A stretch of 64,000 nt of DNA, taken from assembly GCF_964355755.1 (NCBI RefSeq), contig NC_092680.1, positions 20,779,045-20,843,044 of the forward strand. Reading direction: 5' to 3'. The translations under genes and the position numbers were made by a program. Positions 38,601 to 50,111 of the stretch are shown here, piece by piece. Source of the stretch: Antedon mediterranea (lineage: Eukaryota; Animalia; Echinodermata). Positions within the stretch are counted from its first letter, which is position 1. Every line of letters begins with the position of its first letter. The notes under the pieces are model-generated. The model saw nothing but the letters and a program-made list of their open reading frames with translations. It did no database searches and was not told the DNA's origin.

Positions 38601-41376
38601 TTTTTAAGTCGGTGAGCCTCGTCAACTACCAAGGCTTCCCACGGTATGCTCTCGAGAAATGCAACATCTTTAAGCACCATCTGAAAATATATTGAGTATT
38701 AATATACACAGTAATTAATACTGCTTCCTTCTTCTAGCATTAGTGCTGGAGTTGACTCTATGTTGCAGGTGCAAACAGTGATGTTGTATCTATGTTTTGC
38801 CAATTTAATCTGAACATTGACCTGTACATTACCTGTACTACTATACTATTAGTAATAATCAATGTAAGACTTATTCATTACAGATACCTCATAAGTTGTT
38901 AGTATCACATGATACCCTTGTGATCCATTTTTAATTCTTGTTTGAATGTCAGCTCTTATCTCCTTATCACCAATGTACTGTACAATCTTTAAGCAAGGGG
39001 AAAACCTGTATAAAACCATATCAGTCATTTTTCATTATTAAGTTATCATAAATACACATTATGTTATACTTTTTACACAATAAATAAGCTATTTTAAAGG
39101 TGTATAATACATAATTTGATTATAATTTTTATCATGAAAATGTTGATCTATGGTCTAATATCAAATCTAAAACCCATTCAATTGAAGCACACAATAGCCT
39201 GCGTCATTATCTTACTTTTCAAATTCATCTTTCCAATTATCCATGACCGATAAAGGGCATACCACTAAAAAGCGTTCCTTTTTTTTAACCATTGCCAGAT
39301 ACAACAGAACTGCAATTGTCTGCAAAAAAGACAAAAATAGTTCAAATGATCAAAATGTTATGTCAGCAATGATAAAAAATGATTTATGATGATGTATAAA
39401 AAATGTAATGCAAAATTACTGACTGTATATGTTTTGAAACGATAAATAAATGAACGATAACAAATTGACGATGATATGACTATAAAAGTTATGATATGAA
39501 TGGTAAAAAAGAAATGATGGTCGTACTTGACAGGTCTTTCCCAGACCCATTTCATCTCCCAGGATACATCCGTGGTTTTTCAAGCAGCGTGCAACCATCC
39601 ATTTTACTCCTTCCACCTGATACGGTCTTAGTGTTATCCCTAATAAAGATAAAATGTCGAAATAATAACAATCAATTAACTAGATTTGAACTCGTCACTA
39701 CGGACGAGTTAGGTTATCCGCAGCGCAAAAGCCACGTGCACGTCATACGTTAGAATATTGAGCGCAAAAAAATATACGATTATGGCATTGAAAAATGTTA
39801 GTGCGCTCTCTATTTTGCGTCGCGTCTAAGTATATACGGTATAACACTATATACTGTATACGTACTACATACAGTGCAGAATAGGTGAAAATAAGTGACC
39901 AAAGTTATTGACGCATTTGAACATGATGACGTCATCACAATTTTTAAAATGGTGGATCATGTGAAAGATAATTGATTGATCTAGACAATATAAAAAAATT
40001 TAGTGAAATGGAATAAGGATAAGTAGAGATGCGCTCTATTAAATTGACGAGCTATGACGAAAGAGAAAAAAATCCTATATTTTATATTCGGGTGGCCATA
40101 CGATGACGTCACAATGTCCGGTTAGCCATATCAATGCATGATTCGAGAAAAACAACTCATCTACTTCCAGAATATGTAATTTTAAAAAAGTTCACCACGT
40201 AGTTTAGAATTTATGACTGTTTAAAAAAAGGTCTAATTTTGACGATTTTTTGAAGTTTTTCATTAAAAATGCGCGCAAATTGTTCAATTCTACGTGCTCG
40301 TATGACGTGATATTAAGTCGAAATTGTATAAAAATTGGTAAAATTACTAGAAAAGGCTGAAAAAACAAAAATCAAGCAAAAAAAGGATGTTTTTGCGCTA
40401 AGTGCGCACGTGCGCGTAAAAAAATTGCGCACGCGTGGGAATTTTTGAAATGCTCAAAATGACCTGAAACGCGTAGAAAGTTGATTAGAAATTGATTTTA
40501 CGCATTTTGAAATTTTAAACGCGCGTGCGCGCGTAACTTTTTGTCAAACATGCCATTTTTAATCCATAGAAAGTTTGAGCATGTTATGACTTAAATTTTC
40601 ACCAAGTTTCAATACAAAATGACTTTTAGTTTTTATTCTATGATCAATCATTGAAATTCATAAAATTGCGCGTAACTTACGCTGCGCAATTCGGACGTGA
40701 CCGAAAACCTTATTACGACATCTTCAGATAGAGGTCAATCTTCTGATAAAGTTATACAATGTTATGTTAAGAAGATTTAGAGATACACTAGCAACAAAAT
40801 TTGTGGAAAGAAAGAAGAAAATAGAAAAAAAAAGAGAAAAAGAAAAAAAAAAAGATCCTGACAATAACAAGGGGTTATCCGCCAAGTGCGGATAACCAAA
40901 AAATAAATACAACAAACGATTTTAAGCCGATATTTGTATGTGTAAAATTTATGTCGAGGATTATTTATGAATTGACAATACACATAACAATTATGCTGAG
41001 TATAGTTTGAATTGATGCTTAGTAGGTAGGCTAGTAAAAATTTAAAAAGGGGCAGTCTTCTAGTTCTAGTAGGCCTACTAGTACTAGCTAGTAGTAGGTA
41101 GGCCCTATCCTAGCTAGTAGGAATATAGTAGCTAACTAGTAGCTAGCTAATAATAGTTAGTAGGGGTAAGCCTAGACCTAAAACTACCATTTCAAACAAT
41201 ACCAGCCACTAATTAATAATAGGGCTTATAGGCTAGGCTTATATCTAAATCGACAACAAAATACCTTTCAAGAATGGTTCAATCATTAACAATTGAAACA
41301 AATTATTTTGTTTTTGTTTACAGACATCTTCATTGTCAAGTTTATAAAGGAGTTGACTTATTCGTTTAGGAATCAT
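26644..41376 (-). CDS. CHD1L: Chromodomain-helicase-DNA-binding protein 1-like (ALC1): SNF2 ATPase + macro domain + C-terminal BRCT
   Basis: About 22 exons: 41265-41376 (MIPKRISQ..), 39527-39639 ([20 protein letters not shown]), DEAH ~38615, [40 protein letters not shown], 34151-34379 ([24 protein letters not shown]), macro domain (GDVTHP..IVHCV; [11 protein letters not shown]; [22 protein letters not shown]), then BRCT exons 27343-27582, 27126-27198, 26644-26727. Confidence 0.95.
27199..27342 (-). other. U12-type AT-AC intron in CHD1L
   Basis: Donor ATATCCTTTT, branch-like TTTATTAAC and terminal AC. Splicing joins RYIIA to YDGDVV in frame. Confidence 0.85.
27583..27897 (-). other. U12-type GT-AG intron in CHD1L
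   Basis: Donor GTATCCTTTT, branch TTCTTAAC ~11 nt before the exon. Splicing restores GIPVFIYYYSR (human GIPTYIYYFPR). Confidence 0.9.
28041..31009. mobile_element. ~3-kb DNA transposon with long imperfect TIRs, Academ-like, in a CHD1L intron
   Basis: ATA|TAGTATAGGC... and ...GGCCTACACTA|ATA give TAG..CTA termini with a 3-bp TSD. About 160 bp of imperfect inverted similarity (TTTTTTGTTAAAAGCAAA, AAAAAATATGTTGCCATTTTTT, CAAGATGGCCGCCAA). Interior decayed. Confidence 0.8.
34335..36395 (-). repeat. 90-bp tandem array (23 copies) of a CHD1L 3' splice site plus exon start
   Basis: Each unit is intron end (..CACTAG) + GCTACTCATATGAAAGACTTGATGGATCAGTGAGAGGTGAAGAA ([15 protein letters not shown]). 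Only the copy at 34379 continues into the real exon. Confidence 0.97.
37360..37745 (-). mobile_element. Probable LINE 5'UTR/ORF1 N-terminal fragment in a CHD1L intron
   Basis: GC-richer leader and GCCGCCATG Kozak context followed by [38 protein letters not shown].., which then decays. Not needed for the CHD1L splice path. Confidence 0.5.
39678..40902 (-). mobile_element. Non-autonomous Helentron-associated element (HINE/DINE-1-like) in CHD1L intron 1
   Basis: Minus-strand 5' end TTTTTGGTTATCCGCACTTGGCGGATAACC (subTIR + inverted repeat) then a T/C tract. 3' end TGCGGATAACC + hairpin AACTCGTC-CGTAGT-GACGAGTT + CTAGTT. Confidence 0.8.
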
Positions 41377-42303
41377 CGTTCTAGGCTAGGCCTACTGTAG
41401 TGTACTGGCTTCAGTGGGTAATCACACACGTCCAAACTTGTCCACCACGCGCACTATTCAGGGTATGGCAATAGAGGGAGACATCAAATCAAAAGTAGGC
41501 CTAGGCTAGCCTTATTATATTATTGTCTGTCTTAATTTATTCAGTGATCCATAATATAATAATTTAGACGGTTTAGTAATACTTTGTTTAAAATAATATT
41601 ATTTTTTAAAATCAAGAGTATTATTTTGTTCAAAGATTTTTACAAACTGAGATACTATAGCTAGCTCTCAGCTAGCAGTAGCATGCATTACGTAACTAGT
41701 TTATGACGTAATTAGGGAAAACCCCTGCTGTAAGTCTCTGATTTTTTTCCGCACACACAAACCAGTATCTTTTGTACGTAATAAAAGATAAAGATGAATA
41801 AATCGCATAAACAAATATAATAACAATTATCATATCTTCCTCTTCTATTTTATTGAAAATCATCTTTACAATGTAAAAGTATTTTATAAATCTATATTAT
41901 GCAATTAAAAAACATCAAGGTAGTATTACGCATTTTAAAAGTTATTCAATAATACATGTCTATAATATTTTTGGAAATGCTTTAAAACATGTTTAAACTT
42001 AAGTAGTACCAAATGTAATCTGCTGCCCTTATTCCTCTCATTCTTCTCTGTGTTAAGTTGGTGCAACATTTTTATAAAAAAATATCTATTTTTATTATAG
42101 CCTTTATTTTTCTAATTATATTATTATTATATATGGAATTATAACATGAATTACATTGTATTGTAAACAGTCTTGCTAACACTTTGATATCTGTGCCAAT
42201 TTAGCCTATACAACTCAGCTATGTTTAACCAGAGTTGATTTCAGGCTGTTTGTGACAAAATCCTATTAATTGTAGCAATTTAATGAAATAAACTAGGAGA
42301 GAT

Positions 42304-42610
42304 AATGATCTGTGTCACACAGTATACTGATCTGTGTCACACAGTGTAATGATCTGTGTCACACAGTATACTGATCTGTGTCACATAGTATAATGATCTG
42401 TGTCACACAGTGTAATGATCTGTGTCACATAGTATAATGATCTGTGTCACACAGTATAATGATCTGTGTCACACAGTATACTGATCTGTGTCACACAATA
42501 TAATGATCTGTGTCACACAGTGTAATGATCTGTGTCACATAGTATAATGATCTGTGTCACACAGTATAATGATCTGTGTCACACAGTATAATGATATGTG
42601 TCACACAGCA
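42304..42610. repeat. 22-bp tandem repeat (~14 copies) just after the TPMT stop codon
   Basis: TGATCTGTGTCACACAGTATAA unit with internal hairpin CTGTGT-C-ACACAG. Confidence 0.92.
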
Positions 42611-42618
42611 TGATCCGA

Positions 42619-45600
42619 TTATTTCTGTACAATACGGTACACATTTCCCTGTATTTTTGTATCCTGGTCGATTCCATGAAACTCCAGCTGAGCCTGGGAC
42701 AGCATGTAGTCTTCTAATTTATCTACACTGCACTTGGGACCTGTATAAATAATATAACTTTTAAAACCACAAACTTAACACAGTGTTAAGCAAAAGAAAG
42801 AGAAATTGTAAATACTTAATTTTTGTAATGATTGCATGAAGTGGACTCAGTATACGATAACTTAGTAGCTGGTTATCTGTGCTGATCATATTAGGCAATG
42901 CTGGTGTGGGCCATAAGTATACATAATTATTATCAGGCCTACAACGTATGGAGTATACCTATTGTACAGGGGGATCAAGCAACCGATCACTTGGACCTGG
43001 GACTCCAAATCTGTAAGTTTTTTGAGAAAAAAAAAATTATACTAACCAAACATTTCTACAATTTCATTTTGTTTTATTTCATGTGGTCCAGCTGAAAGAA
43101 AGAAGCAGACTCTTTAACAATTGAATTTATCATAACAATAGTGAAATCAACAAACTGATAACAAATGCTTAAAAATATATAATATCATTAAATAGTGAGA
43201 CTTACTCTCAAATGCTCCATCAGGAAATTCAAAGCAATGTAGTAAATAGACTCCATCAAGCTTCAAAATGGATAACATCAATTTGAGGTAGCTGCAGAAA
43301 AAAAGTAAACTATTTTTTTATTTAATTGTAGGAAAAATAGGAGAGTTGGAGCAAACAATGTATTTGACAGTTCTTACACTGTCAGGAATGTTAAAAAATC
43401 CTCCATTGTTGTCCAATTACAACTCATATACTACATATTGGCCGCCATGTAACATACAGTACATCCACTCTCCCCATACCTGCTGAATCATGACATTGGT
43501 AGCCTTGTGACAGCTTAAAACAATGAGTTGACTTACAATTCTCGTTGATCAACATCAATTGCTTCCAAAGCACCTCTGTCCCATATTGCATCAACCATTC
43601 CACCAAATTCCCTTTAAGAGAAACAAAATGCTCAACCATTGCCCAGAATTGTAATGGATATATCATAGAACATTTATCTTGAAGAACTTGAACATACTGT
43701 ATGACCTGTTGTAACCAATGATACACATCTTTTTACACTCTTAATCAACAACCAAATTGAAAAAAGTGAATTGAACTTCAATCCTAACATGTCCATAATA
43801 ATTTAGTAGAATGCATCCAACACAATCATGATTTACCTCTTGTATTTAAACATATCACACTGGAACAGTTTGATGTTTTCATCTTTACTCTATAACAAAG
43901 AGAAACAAACTGTTAATTTACCTCCGCCAACGAGGTATATGTAGTCGATCGTGTTTGTCTGTTTGTTGAGGTTAGCAGGATTACTCAAAACGTAATTACA
44001 AGATCTTTACCATAAACAATTTCCCTTCTCCATCTTTGATGTCAGATTCAGTGAACTCCAAATTTGCTTCTTTAAAGAATGTTTTAATAGCAACATCTGA
44101 AATTTCAACACCAATAACTTTGTGACCCTTTTCTGCAAGCCTAAAAGAAAAATTAAACATTTTTGAGCAACTTAGGCCCACTATACTTTACTAATATTTT
44201 GAGATTGACTATTGAAATAGTATACCAAGTTAGAGCTAGCAGAATACATGGAATACAGCCACATTTGTAGTAGTAGTATTTGTACTTTTTTTTTTTAAAT
44301 GAACATTTTTATATTGATTTTTTTTATTCATGTAGGTCTAGAATAGATTAGCATTACAAATGTATTATCCCCTTGAAAAAAAAAATAATTCTTAAAAAAA
44401 TGTTTGTTGAATATTCCATTTTATTCCATTTTAATGTAACATAATAGTTATCCACTTTGACCAAAAATTGGACTAAATAAAAATGTACTTACCTGAATAA
44501 ATGTAATTTAAAGCAAAAAATTGTCAAATTGGCTACCAGCCGATGGCTTTTTGGTTGAATTTAACCATTTATTTTGTCATTTTACAAGTGAAAACATTTT
44601 TTTTTCTGTGGAAGTGATTAACTTTATTACAATATATCTTTAATTGAAAGAAAATTAGAAAAAAAAAGTATTAGGAATCAAAGATTTTTAAATACTAACC
44701 ACCTCATGTCAACTGCTTTACCACACAGAGGAAAAAATATTGTCAGGTTATCTCTTCCTTTAGTAAGTTTGTCTACGTGCCTTCCAAGTGACCTGAAATC
44801 AAAACTGGTTTACTAGGTTACAATATAGGAAGAAAATCACAGAATGCTGTACTACTATAAATAACTATTTAATTTCTTGATAGACTTGAGTATGTTCTTA
44901 TGCATTTGTAGTAACTTCAGACTAGCTATATATCATATTATGAGAAAAATTGTTTTGAACTTTTTTGAAAAGTTTTTTTGTATATTGTCAAGTGTATGCA
45001 ATTGTGTATTCATCATCAATGACATTTCCAATGCATATTTAGAAACGGGTGTTTTTATAAGTGATATTGACCTGAAAGGTCGCTTCACCGTTTTAAACAG
45101 ATTCTATTTTAGCCATCCATCCATCTATCAAATACATTTTAAATTCCTTTTTTGTATTTACTGGAACCAACTAGTATTGGTATTACCAACAATATTTATT
45201 AACAAGATCTGTTCATCGACTCACGGATGTACTTCCAACAAATGAAATGGTATTGAGTTTTCCACCCAAGACATCTTCCAGTGGTCAATGGACGACTCAT
45301 TCGTAATGTCCTTATCTGCATCACTGTAATAAATAGAAACAAGTTACTTAGTTTAGTTAATTTTATTAATTTAAGTTGTAAGTTGTATTTTAATTTATAG
45401 TTTTTGTTGTTGATAAATATTGTTGAAACAATCATATATATATATCACATTTCACTAGCAAAGTTACTAATACTATACCAGGCCTAGACCTGGTTATGAA
45501 CCTGCATTAAAGTGAGATGTATTTTACATCTCCCCGCAAATGGAGCTAGGCCTAGCTAGCTAGATTATTAATTATTTTTGCCTGAATGAAATTCCACGGT

Positions 45601-45940
45601 AATTGAGAACATAATACAGTTACAGCCCCAAGCAAGCAAAATGATCAACCATCCGTGTGGACAAACAACTATAAGGCCTAGGCTAGCTATAACGAATTGT
45701 TCTCTCCGACTTCTCTGAAAGTAGACCTGGCTCACCATACGTGTGTGCATAGAGGTTCACTATAATATCTCTATGGTGTGTGCATGCAGCAGCAACAGAC
45801 AGTAGTGGTGCGTCCGTACTATATCTACAGTTTTAGCCTAACCACACTAGGCTAGGTAGGCCTAGGCTAATTCTCAACCCTAATGTTAATTACAAATTAA
45901 CGCTAAACAACATAACTGTACTAATGACCTACTTCGCCAT
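42619..45940 (-). CDS. TPMT: Thiopurine S-methyltransferase
   Basis: Exons (approx.) 45933-45940 (MA), 45225-45323 (HWKMSWVENSIPFH), 44700-44792 (FFPLCGKAVDMRW), 44011-44140 (GHKVIGVEIS), 43837-43889, 43538-43611 (DAIWDRGAL), 43206-43291, 43047-43091 (GPHEI), 42619-42740 ending in TAA. Confidence 0.92.
43918..43993 (+). mobile_element. 5' fragment of a HINE-type element
   Basis: TTACCTCCGCCAACGAGGT..TGTTTGTCTGTTTG..AGCAGGATTACTCAAAA resembles a widespread HINE 5' end. Confidence 0.55.
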
Positions 45941-46300
45941 TATTTGCTGTCACTTGCAAACCCTTCTCTTTTCAAAAAACTCTTCTCAATTGATTGTAAA
46001 CAATCTGTTTTCGTCCGTGGTGTGGTGGTGTAGGTTGTTGTGTCGTTCGTGTGTGGAGACATGTACTTAACCTTTGACATTTTTTTCCAGGAACGTCTAC
46101 CTGTATTTCATCTGGGCGCTGATGGTGGTGGTGGTGTGTGTGTCAGTGGTGGTGGCGGATGGAATAATTGAGCTTTGGGTGGGGTTGTGGATGTTGTTAA
46201 GTTGCGAGTACGACTAGACCATAAAACCTCATATTAAATAATATAAATGATTCATGATCGATAAAAATACCGCCTCTTTTTAGGTACCGCCGCCCGTCAC
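45941..46300. promoter_or_regulatory. Probable promoter region between divergent TPMT and RING-NHL genes
   Basis: GC/CpG-richer segment immediately upstream of the TPMT ATG; the genes are head-to-head. Inference only. Confidence 0.35.
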
Positions 46301-47717
46301 TTTTTCTTCAGGCAAAAAGACGTGTTTTTTGTATCAAAATTAATTGAGATGATAACCCTATTATGATTTGGGGTTTTTTAATATTAATTATGAGTTGGCA
46401 AATATTGTTTCTAAAATGCAGGCTATATTTGCCCTTCGTGATGAATTTCGAAACATCTTCTCTTTGTTTAGTACTTTCGGAACCCGGATTGGGAATTACA
46501 AAATGTGGACATTTCAATGCGTTATCTATTTGCTAATCTTATCTAAATTATTTAGAAATTATTAGTCAATAATACTTTGACTCAGTGATAGGTTGTACAT
46601 AAACTATATGATTTCTGTCGTAAGTTTCATTTGCCGCCGGTGCCATCGACTGAGCTTGATTTAGGCCTTACAGCGTGATCCATCAAAAATCAAAGGTAAG
46701 GTTTTTTCAGTGCAATTTTTTGGGTCAAATTAACATTCAGATCACCATGTAAAACTTTTTTCAAGGTGTACCATGTAGGCCTATGTCTACTCCAATTTCG
46801 CTAATTTGGAAATGTAAATGTGAAGATAAGAGATGGTCCCCAGATGAAACATTGGTGACATTAATGCTATAATAGATAAGTCTAAGGTATGTCTCTACAG
46901 GCCTACCTAAGACCTATTTAATTACTGTAATTCGGTTTCTTCTTTTTTGGGGGGAGGTTTGGACCAACGCCCACTAAAAATAACTAAAATCCATTATGGG
47001 GACAAACTATCGCCGAAATATTGTTGGTTGAGGAAATAGAGAGAAATTGTGAACGACGATGACGTCACGTCATTAGCGAATTGGGTACTTTGGCCTAATT
47101 AGGTTGTACAAAGAATTAGATCTATATTTTTAAAAGGTATATATACAAACAATCATAACAGATGTTGATGAAGATAATGTCGGTTTATTAGAATGCAAAA
47201 CTCAGTAGGCCTACTGTACAATCGTAGACCCCTGTTCACATTCCTCCACAATTTAATCTGATCAGAGGTGACTCTGACATTCGATAACTGCCAACTTGGT
47301 TAAAATGGGGATTTCCCTTGAATGCCCTTATAATCAGACGAGGGGTACTCCTATGTTTGTTTAATGATTGTGTTTGTTTTGTTAACACACGGTATTTGAT
47401 CTTTCTATTTAGTTCAAAATTAAAGTATATTAACCAGTACCCATAATCGCTTTCAAACACAATGGCATATTTAAGAGCAGGGTTGTAATTAAGACATAAT
47501 ACATTCCTACGTGGACTTTCGTAATAATGTGACCTTTACGAGGGAAAAGTGAAATTTCACTCTTCTGCCTTTACCTTTTAAAACGAATAAGATGTAAAAA
47601 GCATTCGGTTGATACGGAGTAAAAATTAATGTCGGTTTCCCACTCGCAATTGTATATAGTCTGTAATATAATTTTTAGTTATAGTTAATTTAGACTGTGG
47701 TTATTGTTTTTTTATAG

Positions 47718-49310
47718 ATGACAACTGCAAACCTTTCTCCTGTTACCGAATGTACACAATGTGAACACGAATTTGACAGTGAAGTTCGAGTTCCAAAGGT
47801 TCAACCGTGTGGCCATACACTCTGCTCATCATGTTCTGAAAAGCTATACGACAGCAAATGGAAACGACTGAAGTGTCCACAATGCAAAGTCACCAGTACT
47901 GTAGATGACATCCAGAAGCTTCCGACTAACTTCAATGCACTCTCTGTCGTGGATATCAATACTGATATGATGTCTCGGAAACAGTCCATGAAAGGTCTGG
48001 TTGGTAACTTCATGGCTCAACTAAGCGATCAGGCGACCAAGCTTAGCAAGATCTCTGAGAGGCAAGAGAAGTTCCATGCGAACTACTCCCAGGTGAAGGA
48101 GGAAGTAGAAACATGCTTTAGTTCTCTAATCAAAGATTTAGAAGAAAGACGTGATGCACATTTATACGAGATGGAAGGAATTCGAATGGCAGAAATAGAG
48201 ATACTTCAAAAGCAAAAGAAACGGGTTGAAGCATTTCTTGGCTGCATCAACTCTGAACTTCAAGATCAAGAAGAAGATAAACTGTTCGATAGATTCCGTT
48301 CGGAGATGGATAACATCAAGTCGTTTGTTTCAGGCTTAGACCAGACGATAAAAACGATTTCGTTCGCGCCATCGAATAAAGGAGAAACGAGCATAGTATC
48401 CAAGCAGGTAGGGGCTTTGACGATTGGATTGGATAACGGTAAGGATCTAAAAGAATGTCATCTGCCAAACGTTACAAAAAATAAAGGGAAAGTCTCTAAA
48501 GTATTCAAAGAAAAATCATTCGGTTGTCTCGTTGACGTCACCGTCCTGTCGAATGATCTGCTGGCCGCAACTGATTCGAAGAGAAACTGCGTACATCTTT
48601 TGAATAAGTCTGGTAGCATTGTGACCTCTGTTGGTGATAGAGGGGTTGGGAAGGGTCAGTTTGTGTCCCCTGCAGGAATTTGCCAAAACAGCTTTGGTGA
48701 TATTTTGGTGGCCGATAAAGGTAACAACCGGGTTCATATCAGGTCAGTAACGGGAGAGTTCAAAGGCTTCTTTGAAAGTACCGTTAACAGCGTAAATATC
48801 TTGGATACACCAGTGGGTATATCTTGTAACCGAATGGGAAAGGTGTTTGTCTGTAGTCAAGGCAACCATTGTGTGCAAGTATTTTCAGAAGATGGCAAGT
48901 ACTTAAGTAAAATAGGTTCCCCTGGATGTGGAGACGGGTTGTTTAAGCAACCAGAGTTCGTTGCTTCCTCATTGGATGGCCGTATATTTGTCACCGATTC
49001 CGATAATGGCCGAGTTTCTGTATTCTCACAAGACGGAAGTTTTCTCAAGCACATTCGGCATCATAAAAATACGTCAGACTTCACTCCAAGAGGAATCTGC
49101 CTCAACACACAGGCAGATGTGTTTGTGTGCGGGTTAGATGCTATAGAAGTGTTCGATCAGAACGGAGAGTTTCTCTTTTCGTTTCCTGTTCTGAGATCTA
49201 AAGCAATGTTCAAAGCACAGGCAGGTTCGATAGGCGGAATCTGCATGGCTCTGGACACAGGTCTAGTCGTGGCTGGAGGAGAAGATCAAATTATTCATAT
49301 TTTCTCCTAA
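47718..49310 (+). CDS. RING finger - coiled coil - NHL repeat protein (TRIM2/3/71-like E3 ligase), intronless CDS
   Basis: 530-aa ORF with C3HC4 RING (CTQC..PCGHTLCSSC..CPQC), a coiled coil and NHL repeats (GQFVSPAGI, VADKGNNRV, FKQPEFVA, VTDSDNGRV). The ATG directly follows a TTTTTATAG acceptor. Confidence 0.93.
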   Translation: MTTANLSPVTECTQCEHEFDSEVRVPKVQPCGHTLCSSCSEKLYDSKWKRLKCPQCKVTSTVDDIQKLPTNFNALSVVDINTDMMSRKQSMKGLVGNFMAQLSDQATKLSKISERQEKFHANYSQVKEEVETCFSSLIKDLEERRDAHLYEMEGIRMAEIEILQKQKKRVEAFLGCINSELQDQEEDKLFDRFRSEMDNIKSFVSGLDQTIKTISFAPSNKGETSIVSKQVGALTIGLDNGKDLKECHLPNVTKNKGKVSKVFKEKSFGCLVDVTVLSNDLLAATDSKRNCVHLLNKSGSIVTSVGDRGVGKGQFVSPAGICQNSFGDILVADKGNNRVHIRSVTGEFKGFFESTVNSVNILDTPVGISCNRMGKVFVCSQGNHCVQVFSEDGKYLSKIGSPGCGDGLFKQPEFVASSLDGRIFVTDSDNGRVSVFSQDGSFLKHIRHHKNTSDFTPRGICLNTQADVFVCGLDAIEVFDQNGEFLFSFPVLRSKAMFKAQAGSIGGICMALDTGLVVAGGEDQIIHIFS

Positions 49311-49983
49311 TTTACCCAGCTTTGTAATGTACATACACTTCAATATCAAATTCATTTGCATTAAACGCAAAATAACCAAACTAGTGTAATGAATTCTTGC
49401 TGATTCAAATAATTATATCTAAAACCAAATCATATACACAAAACAAGTATGTATGTACCGGGAGTTATAATGTTATAAATGACATTTGAATCATCAGCAA
49501 TCACATGATCTTTATCTGTGTAAAAAATGATGATTGCTAAGATAAAGCTTAAATCTTTGAGTGTGCAGATTTCTATGAAGATTCCGAAAACATAATTACC
49601 TTTCATTTATCTTATTTATCCGATCCATTTAATTCCAAGGAAATCTACTTCGTTGCCCTTAATCAAATATAATATAATTTATCATATTATTATTATTTCT
49701 ATTTTTAGTTATTGTATACAGGTATAAATAAATAAAATGCTTTAACACAAAATTCGTCTAGTTTCCTTCCACTTTTGTTTAATTTCCCGACCCTCTTGGT
49801 CAAAATTGTGAAAAAATACATTTTTAGGCTAATTACTGTATTATATTTTGAGTTTAATATTGATTAAATGAAATTAAATTGTTTTGCATTGTATATTTGG
49901 TATTTACTTTTGGCTCTGTTTTATATTAAACTGTTATTACAGTTTCAATAGATGTTTGGAAGTTGAGACTCATCTGTGAGTCA

Positions 49984-50097
49984 AATAATGTTCAGTTAAT
50001 AATGTTCAGTTAATAATGTTCAGTTAATAATGTTCAGTTAATAATGTTCAGTTAATAATGTTCAGTTAATAATGTTCAGTTAATAATGTTCAGTTAA
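49984..50097. repeat. 14-bp tandem repeat x8 just downstream of the ATPSCKMT stop
   Basis: AATAATGTTCAGTT repeated. Confidence 0.92.
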
Positions 50098-50111
50098 TTA
50101 ATCAGTGAACA

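Noticed and set aside
47801-49137. Small overlapping ORFs within the RING-NHL gene
   Set aside because: Alternative-frame or antisense shadows with no motifs.
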